Positions 5,701 to 10,615 of a stretch of 10,615 nt of DNA are shown here, one piece after another. Positions within the stretch are counted from its first letter, which is position 1. Every line of letters begins with the position of its first letter. The notes beneath the pieces are model-generated. The model was not told where the DNA came from. It saw only the letters and a list, made by a program, of their open reading frames with translations, and ran no database searches. The translations under genes and the position numbers were made by a program. Source of the stretch: an uncultured bacterium (lineage in GTDB: Bacteria; Babelota; Babeliae; Babelales; Babelaceae); contig CAWGPQ010000002.1 of NCBI GenBank assembly GCA_963824495.1, positions 1 through 10,615 of the forward strand. Direction: 5' to 3'.

Positions 5701-7840
5701 GTGTTTTTCTGTTTTTGCTAGTAGCAATACAGGCACATGCTTTATTGAGAAATGCTGTATCAAATCCCTCTTGTCGTAATATATCAAACGCGACATTTTG
5801 GTCAGAAATGCCAGGCTCAAGCTTAAAGGGATATGATAACGGGCCATTCTCAGGGATACACACTGAGACTTTGTAGTTTTTAAAATAACGGCCCTGAGTC
5901 TCGGCTTCTAAATTCGTTACAATAGGGAAATGAGTAGCAGTTGCACCTATAACGTGAGGATTTCTACCAATTGCATCGATAAACGCGTAAGCTGCGGCTT
6001 TTCCTTCGTCATCGGTAGTGCCTTCAAAGACTTCGTCAGCTGCAACAAAAGCGAATTCGTTAGTATAAAGACCGTCAGCCATAACAACGAGCTCTTGTGC
6101 TCGTTTAACGCCAGCTTTAAAGTATGAGTTGCCTGCTGCAATATCGTCGGTAATATTTAAATACGTCATGATTTTTGAAACAGGCGTGACTACCAGTGAC
6201 CGTGCTGGGGCAATACCTAAACTCTGTGCAAGAATTAAGCTAATAATAACGCCCTTCATGGTTGTCGATTTACCTCCAGCGTTAGGACCACTTATAATAA
6301 TCATCCGTGGATTATCATTGCAACCAAGTGATACGGAATTCGATACGGCACACGCTGGGTCAAGAAAAGGATTCCAAAAATCTTTGATCTCGAGTGATGG
6401 AGCTTCAGCATATTCTTTATACACAGGGAAACACCAGCTATTAGCTCGCCCCTCACCTTCTTTATATAAACGGGCAGTCGACATATAAGCATCAATCTCA
6501 CCCACAGCTTGTATGCCATCAATACATTGATCTTTATATTCGTGTATAAGCTTGTACGCAGCTAGAACTCTTCCCATACGAGAAAGCAGTGATGTTTCGC
6601 CCTTAAAGGTATTGGTTACTAACAGATCCAGAAGTTTTTGTACATCGGGTAATTCTACGGGAAGCACCTTGAGCACATACAAAAGAGGCTCGATAGACTT
6701 GACGAGTGAGAAAAGAACATCATTATTCATAATAAGCAAAGATATCGCATGCATAGCATTAAAAAATTTAGCAATATGTATTAATTTAGCCTGAAGGCAG
6801 AGCATTGTTGTAAAACTCACTTTCAGCTGCTCAAGTGCGAAATACGAATCAAACCCATAGTTATGGCTTATAACGATACTATCGATCCCCTTAACTACCA
6901 TATTTTTTGAAAATAACTGCTTAAGTAAGAACGTTGAGCATCCAAGAATGGTATATAGGCCAACCACCGATGACACCCCAAGATTATTATAAGCGATACT
7001 TTCAAGATATTCAGCATAAGAAGTATAGCGAGCTAAATATGCACAACCGAGCACGGTCAGAGCAACAGCTGAAGCAAACGCTGAGCCAGTCAGCACTACT
7101 TCCTTTGCTTCCTCCATACGCTCGACAACTTCCATAACAATATCATTCTTATGAAGATCATCATAAAAATCTCTCAGAACAGGCGGGCCATCTTTAACAA
7201 ATGGTATTTTGATACCCTTATTTTTTGCCATGCTATCGAGCGTATCTTCTTTCCATAATGAGATCAGTATGTTCTCAGATTCACGTAAGTCTTTAAGTGC
7301 TTGATCAAGCTTGTGAAAAAGTTCAGTGTCACGCAAGAGCTCTTTAAGTATGGCTTGATTATCTTGTAACTGCTGTAAATCCGCCGTTGGCTGGACAATT
7401 CGACGAAAAAACGCTGCTTTACCTACTTCAGTATGCGTTCGGTCAAGCAAGGCTGCCAAATATGTGCTAGGGCAAGAAAGCGGGCCTGACAATAAATGCA
7501 AATCCTGCCACGTAGCGTAATCCAGTACATTACTTGTCAACACTTGTTTACGATCAATCAATTCTCGCTCTCTATCTATAAGCAGAGAGAAGACGAAACG
7601 TCGCTTTTCATCACTGCGTAGCTTAGATTGTCGTTCAAGCTCATGTGTCAAAACTTCAGAAAGCGTTCTGTCATATGTACGTGCCTCGCGTAACTCGTTA
7701 AACTCACCAACGCTCACCTGCGTAAGCGACTTTAGGTTTTCTTGAGCAATTTTTTCAAAGATTGAGCAATCACTTACCGTTGAGTAAATATTGAGAATGA
7801 GTAAAACTATGCTCCATAAGGGTAGGAATAACAAACGCAT
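5678..7840 (-). CDS. MutS-like ATPase (core/lever region plus domain V only) with N-terminal signal/TM segment
   Basis: Walker A GPNAGGKST, LAQSLG, DDIAAGNSYF, Walker B AADEVFEGT, ATHF, YKV..F/Y-KLEPG. LLDRTHTEVGK matches the start of the MutS core domain. No recognisable mismatch-binding domain I and no Smr domain. The start may be ATG 7840 (MRLLFLPLWSIVLL) or GTG 7864. Confidence 0.88.
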   Translation of the reverse strand: MRLLFLPLWSIVLLILNIYSTVSDCSIFEKIAQENLKSLTQVSVGEFNELREARTYDRTLSEVLTHELERQSKLRSDEKRRFVFSLLIDRERELIDRKQVLTSNVLDYATWQDLHLLSGPLSCPSTYLAALLDRTHTEVGKAAFFRRIVQPTADLQQLQDNQAILKELLRDTELFHKLDQALKDLRESENILISLWKEDTLDSMAKNKGIKIPFVKDGPPVLRDFYDDLHKNDIVMEVVERMEEAKEVVLTGSAFASAVALTVLGCAYLARYTSYAEYLESIAYNNLGVSSVVGLYTILGCSTFLLKQLFSKNMVVKGIDSIVISHNYGFDSYFALEQLKVSFTTMLCLQAKLIHIAKFFNAMHAISLLIMNNDVLFSLVKSIEPLLYVLKVLPVELPDVQKLLDLLVTNTFKGETSLLSRMGRVLAAYKLIHEYKDQCIDGIQAVGEIDAYMSTARLYKEGEGRANSWCFPVYKEYAEAPSLEIKDFWNPFLDPACAVSNSVSLGCNDNPRMIIISGPNAGGKSTTMKGVIISLILAQSLGIAPARSLVVTPVSKIMTYLNITDDIAAGNSYFKAGVKRAQELVVMADGLYTNEFAFVAADEVFEGTTDDEGKAAAYAFIDAIGRNPHVIGATATHFPIVTNLEAETQGRYFKNYKVSVCIPENGPLSYPFKLEPGISDQNVAFDILRQEGFDTAFLNKACACIATSKNRKTLKHDQLS

Positions 7841-8041
7841 ACTATGCAAAACCTCTTTTAACACAAAGCTCTGTTAACAAGAATATCATGAAGCTTACGC
7901 GATTTTGAAGGGTCACCCATCTTGATATACAGGACCCTCTCTTAAAAATAACCGTAAAACTGGTATTAGCACATGTTGAGCATGACGTATTTTTATTAAG
8001 ATGAACGTCTTGCGCATGAACTATAGTTAAAAAGCATAGAC

Positions 8042-9433
8042 CTATCTACTACCGCCACCAAGAGGCAAGCGCCGGGGAATATTCTGTTGTATGATCATTT
8101 GTATTAGTTCTGCCGGAGCTGTACCCGTAGCTTGACCCTTCTGGGTAAGTTGCCTAAAAGCACTCTCCAGTGCCATTTCTGCAGTACCACGTGTAAGATA
8201 ATCCGTGATAGCATCCATAACCTGCTGAAAGCGCTGTGCCTCTTTGGGATTACCAGTACGAGTCATTTCATTCCTATTTCGTTCAGCCAGACCGTAAGGT
8301 GTTAATCCTTCGGTATCCGTTAACCTAAAGTTAGCACCAGCTCCAAGGAGATCACGGGTGATATCAGCTTGGCCTTGAGCAGCAGCCCAATGTAATGCTG
8401 TTATACCATGAGTATCTTGACGGTTAATATTAAGTGGTTGAGGCAGTGATGGTGGTAGTATGGCATAAGAAGCAAGCCACTTTCTAACTTTTTGGAGCAC
8501 CGATTGTGCTTGAGGTGATTGAGGCTGTGGTTGCCCTTCAATAGCTATGTTTTCTACAATAACTGATTGAGGTAAGGTAGCAAGTAATGTATGTACACCT
8601 GCTGTATCTCCTCGAGCTGCTGCGTAGGCAAGCTTATTACCTTCAAATATATTACGTAGAAATTCCGTTACTCGCTGTTGTACATCCTGACTGTTAGGAC
8701 GTCGCTTAGCACGTCCTTGGAGCTCTTCTTCAGTTGGCATTCTTGCTCCATGTTCTATAAGCAGTCGAGCAGTTGCCAGTAGTCTGGGCTTGGATGAAGG
8801 ACCAGTGGTGGCCGCCTGTATAGGCCCGAAATCTGCTGCCAGCATAAGAGCAGTATCGCCATGATGATTGGCACGATTAATATCAGCGCCAGCCTTTATA
8901 AGCAATCTAGTTATCTGTGAATGTGCCTGTATCGCTGCAAGCATAAGGGCAGTCCATTCATTATCATCGGCATGATTAACATCAGCACCAGCTTTGAGGG
9001 CAGCCTCTACCGCTTTGAGGTTTCCCCTAAAAGCTTCTTGGAATAATGCTTGATTAGCAGGATTTACCTGTTTCAGTGGTGTAGGTATAGGTTCTAAAGC
9101 AATAACTGGTACTTCTATAGGTGCTGCAGCCAGCGGTGGCACTACCGGTTCCACTTGAACTTGAGGCACTGCAATAGGTGCAGGAATAGCTATCGGTGTT
9201 TCTACTGGTGCTTGTTCTTGGTGCTGCTCTGCCTGTTCGGCTATTGGTAGTGTAAGTCCTGGTTGTGGCTGCTCTAAGGGTGGTAGTTCTTGCTGCTCTT
9301 GCAGATGAGCCGGAGCATATATTTGTGCCTGTTGAGGTGCTTGCTCTTCTTCTCCCTCCGCTCCGCTGAGGATTAAGCTGCGTGTAACCAAGAATACGAG
9401 TGAACTAAGTAGTGCCACTGAAAGTTTCTTCAT
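8042..9433 (-). CDS. Secreted ankyrin-repeat protein with Pro/Gln/Glu-rich linker
   Basis: AGGAG RBS 6 nt before ATG; signal peptide MKKLSVALLSSLVFLV; low-complexity P/Q/E/A region; repeats GADVNHADDNEWTALMLAA, GADINRANHHGDTALMLAA and INRQDTHGITALHWAA. A 99-nt DNA periodicity is visible (gcataagagcagt at 8842, gcataagggcagt at 8941). Confidence 0.93.
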   Translation of the reverse strand: MKKLSVALLSSLVFLVTRSLILSGAEGEEEQAPQQAQIYAPAHLQEQQELPPLEQPQPGLTLPIAEQAEQHQEQAPVETPIAIPAPIAVPQVQVEPVVPPLAAAPIEVPVIALEPIPTPLKQVNPANQALFQEAFRGNLKAVEAALKAGADVNHADDNEWTALMLAAIQAHSQITRLLIKAGADINRANHHGDTALMLAADFGPIQAATTGPSSKPRLLATARLLIEHGARMPTEEELQGRAKRRPNSQDVQQRVTEFLRNIFEGNKLAYAAARGDTAGVHTLLATLPQSVIVENIAIEGQPQPQSPQAQSVLQKVRKWLASYAILPPSLPQPLNINRQDTHGITALHWAAAQGQADITRDLLGAGANFRLTDTEGLTPYGLAERNRNEMTRTGNPKEAQRFQQVMDAITDYLTRGTAEMALESAFRQLTQKGQATGTAPAELIQMIIQQNIPRRLPLGGGSR

Positions 9434-9523
9434 AGTATTCTCCTAATATAGATAAATTAGACACTATATATTTAATAATAATAGAAATTAAAAAGAACAA
9501 GTGTTAATACTTTGGTGGGCTTA

Positions 9524-9634
9524 ACCAGGGCAATTGCACCAAAATATTGCAGAAACGACTTCAAATGGCCTTTGACTTCAATCTTTTGATAAAAACCCTT
9601 ATGGCCATTACATAGTTCGTACGATTGCCCTGGT
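9524..9634. mobile_element. 111-bp MITE-like element or structured RNA with terminal inverted repeats
   Basis: ACCAGGGCAAT (9524-9534) and ATTGCCCTGGT (9624-9634) form a perfect 11-bp IR that extends imperfectly to about 23 bp. Inner stem AATGGCC (9564-9570) / GGCCATT (9603-9609). Confidence 0.6.
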
Positions 9635-9728
9635 CATTTTGTAAAAACTATTGATTTTTACTCTATTAATAAGTTAAATTTAATAAAGAGGTTTAATCAT
9701 AATAGAAGTATTAAAAAAGGAGAGTATA

Positions 9729-9995
9729 ATGGCTATAATTAGATGGGAACCATTTTCAGGATTAGAAAACCTCTTCGATGAATTACGCACAACCCCCTTG
9801 CCTAGTCTTGCAACCGATCTTTATGAAGAAGATGGTGCTATCGTTGTCGAAGTAGATACTGCCGGCGTAGACCCTGCTACCATCGACATAACAGTTGAAG
9901 GTGAAAACTTACGTATTACCGGTACTCGAGTACAGCAAAAAGAACAAAAAAAGCGTAATTATTACATACGAGAGATACAAAGTGGATCGTTCGAA
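9729..9995 (+). CDS. Hsp20/alpha-crystallin small heat-shock protein, truncated at a sequence junction
   Basis: AGGAG RBS; MAIIRWEPF, DLYEE, AGVDPATIDITVEGENLRITG, YYIREIQSGSFE. The expected C-terminal R..LP..VD....A....GVL.I part is absent; the ORF tail after 9995 is read from foreign sequence. Confidence 0.9.
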
Positions 9996-10094
9996 TGCAG
10001 ACTTTCGCGGAAGGAAACGGCCTTGCGGCCTGTTCACATTTATGTTAACTTGAGGGAGTGAATACGCCGGCCCATTGCCCGTGCTGGTCCGCTG

Positions 10095-10351
10095 ATGACC
10101 GTTGTGTACGCGGTCCGCGCCAATGGCGCCTACTCCCGGTTGGGACTTCTACAACTGCGAGCTTGACGACACGGAAAAAGCGAAGATGAACTCCCTCTTT
10201 CACTACGTGGGCGAACAGGGGAAGATCGGCAATAGGGCGGGCTGCCCTACGCCGACAACGAGCTGCTCGCGGCCGACTACAAGGGCCGAGCGCCAAGGGC
10301 GAGATCGACGAAATCTTCGCTTCTGTCATGAGAACGACGACGCACCGATGA
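10095..10351 (+). other. Indel-riddled 3' fragment of an unidentified GC-rich gene
   Basis: G/C-ending codon runs switch between three frames: WDFYNCELDDTEKAKMNSLFHYVGEQGKIG (from 10141), LPYADNELLAADYKG (from 10242) and AKGEIDEIFASVM (from 10292). Boundaries are approximate. Confidence 0.45.
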
Positions 10352-10381
10352 CGGGAAAGGGGCCCCGCGAGGGCCTGTCGA

Positions 10382-10410
10382 TTGCCCAAGGCACGGGCCA
10401 GTGATAGAAT
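10382..10410 (+). promoter_or_regulatory. Candidate sigma70 promoter for ackA
   Basis: TTGCCC (10382-10387), 17 nt spacer, TAGAAT (10405-10410) with an extended -10 TG at 10402-10403. It is preceded by a GGCCC-CGCGA-GGGCC hairpin at 10361-10375. Confidence 0.45.
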
Positions 10411-10444
10411 GATCGTACGTTCCCGCTCAACCTAAGGAGTACTC

Positions 10445-10615
10445 ATGGTCATCCTCACAATCAACTGCGATCCTCTTCCGTCAAATATCAAGTATACGCG
10501 TGGGAAGAGAAGGAAATTCTCGCCACCGGCATCGTCGAGCGCGTCACCATCGGCGGCTCGTCCATCACGCACAAGGCGAAGGGCAAGGCGGATTTCGTAG
10601 AGCGCCACGAGTGCC
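10445..10615 (+). CDS. ackA: Acetate kinase, 5' end (partial), with an apparent 1-nt deletion at ~10469
   Basis: AAGGAG RBS at 10434-10439. ATG 10445 gives MVILTINC, then GA, then from 10471 SSSVKYQVYAWEEKEILATGIVERVTIGGSSITHKAKGKADFVERHEC. Restoring one G gives the acetate kinase signature INCGSSSVKY and G..ER. Confidence 0.9.

Noticed and set aside
753..7137. Short ORFs at 753-944, 1273-1491, 3330-3542, 5229-5429, 5533-5847, 5930-6127, 5947-6141, 6129-6488, 6301-6522, 6552-6794 and 6934-7137
   Set aside because: All lie within or antisense to well-supported genes and show no recognisable motifs.
9457..9507. Possible CIRCE operator upstream of hsp20 (TTAGACACT ... AGTGTTAA); also TTAGCAC at ~7966
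   Set aside because: The arms are imperfect and more than 30 nt apart instead of 9. The 7966 half-site has no partner arm.
10045..10404. ORFs 10045-10389 (-) and 10102-10404 (+) as real proteins
   Set aside because: The minus ORF is an Arg-rich antisense frame typical of GC-rich DNA. The plus ORF has coding-like codons only in its middle part, after which the likely true frame shifts.
10466..10473. Programmed frameshift in ackA
   Set aside because: There is no slippery sequence. A dropped G in GG within an indel-rich tail is better explained as a sequencing error.
1..10615. CRISPR array, tRNA/rRNA genes, transposase or integrase
   Set aside because: No regularly spaced repeats, cloverleaf or rRNA-like tracts, or recombinase motifs were seen by eye.

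Overview
Bases 1 to ~9995 are an AT-rich bacterial segment. It encodes a TlyA rRNA methyltransferase, three ankyrin-repeat genes (one partial, one disrupted, one intact), a Deg2-type HtrA protease, a COLGALT-like glycosyltransferase, an M48-like zinc peptidase, a MutS-like ATPase without mismatch-binding domains, and a truncated Hsp20. Most of these have N-terminal signal or anchor sequences. The mix suggests an intracellular parasite or symbiont of protists such as Candidatus Dependentiae/TM6 (inference). Features missing from the ORF track: (1) a 33-bp in-frame palindromic insertion inside an ankyrin repeat (1392-1424); (2) an unlisted 169-codon ankyrin frame ending in an F-box-like motif (1550-2059); (3) a 111-bp element with terminal inverted repeats (9524-9634); (4) a junction at ~9996 where Hsp20 is cut and the sequence becomes GC-rich, indel-rich foreign DNA carrying the start of ackA, most likely an assembly or read chimera.
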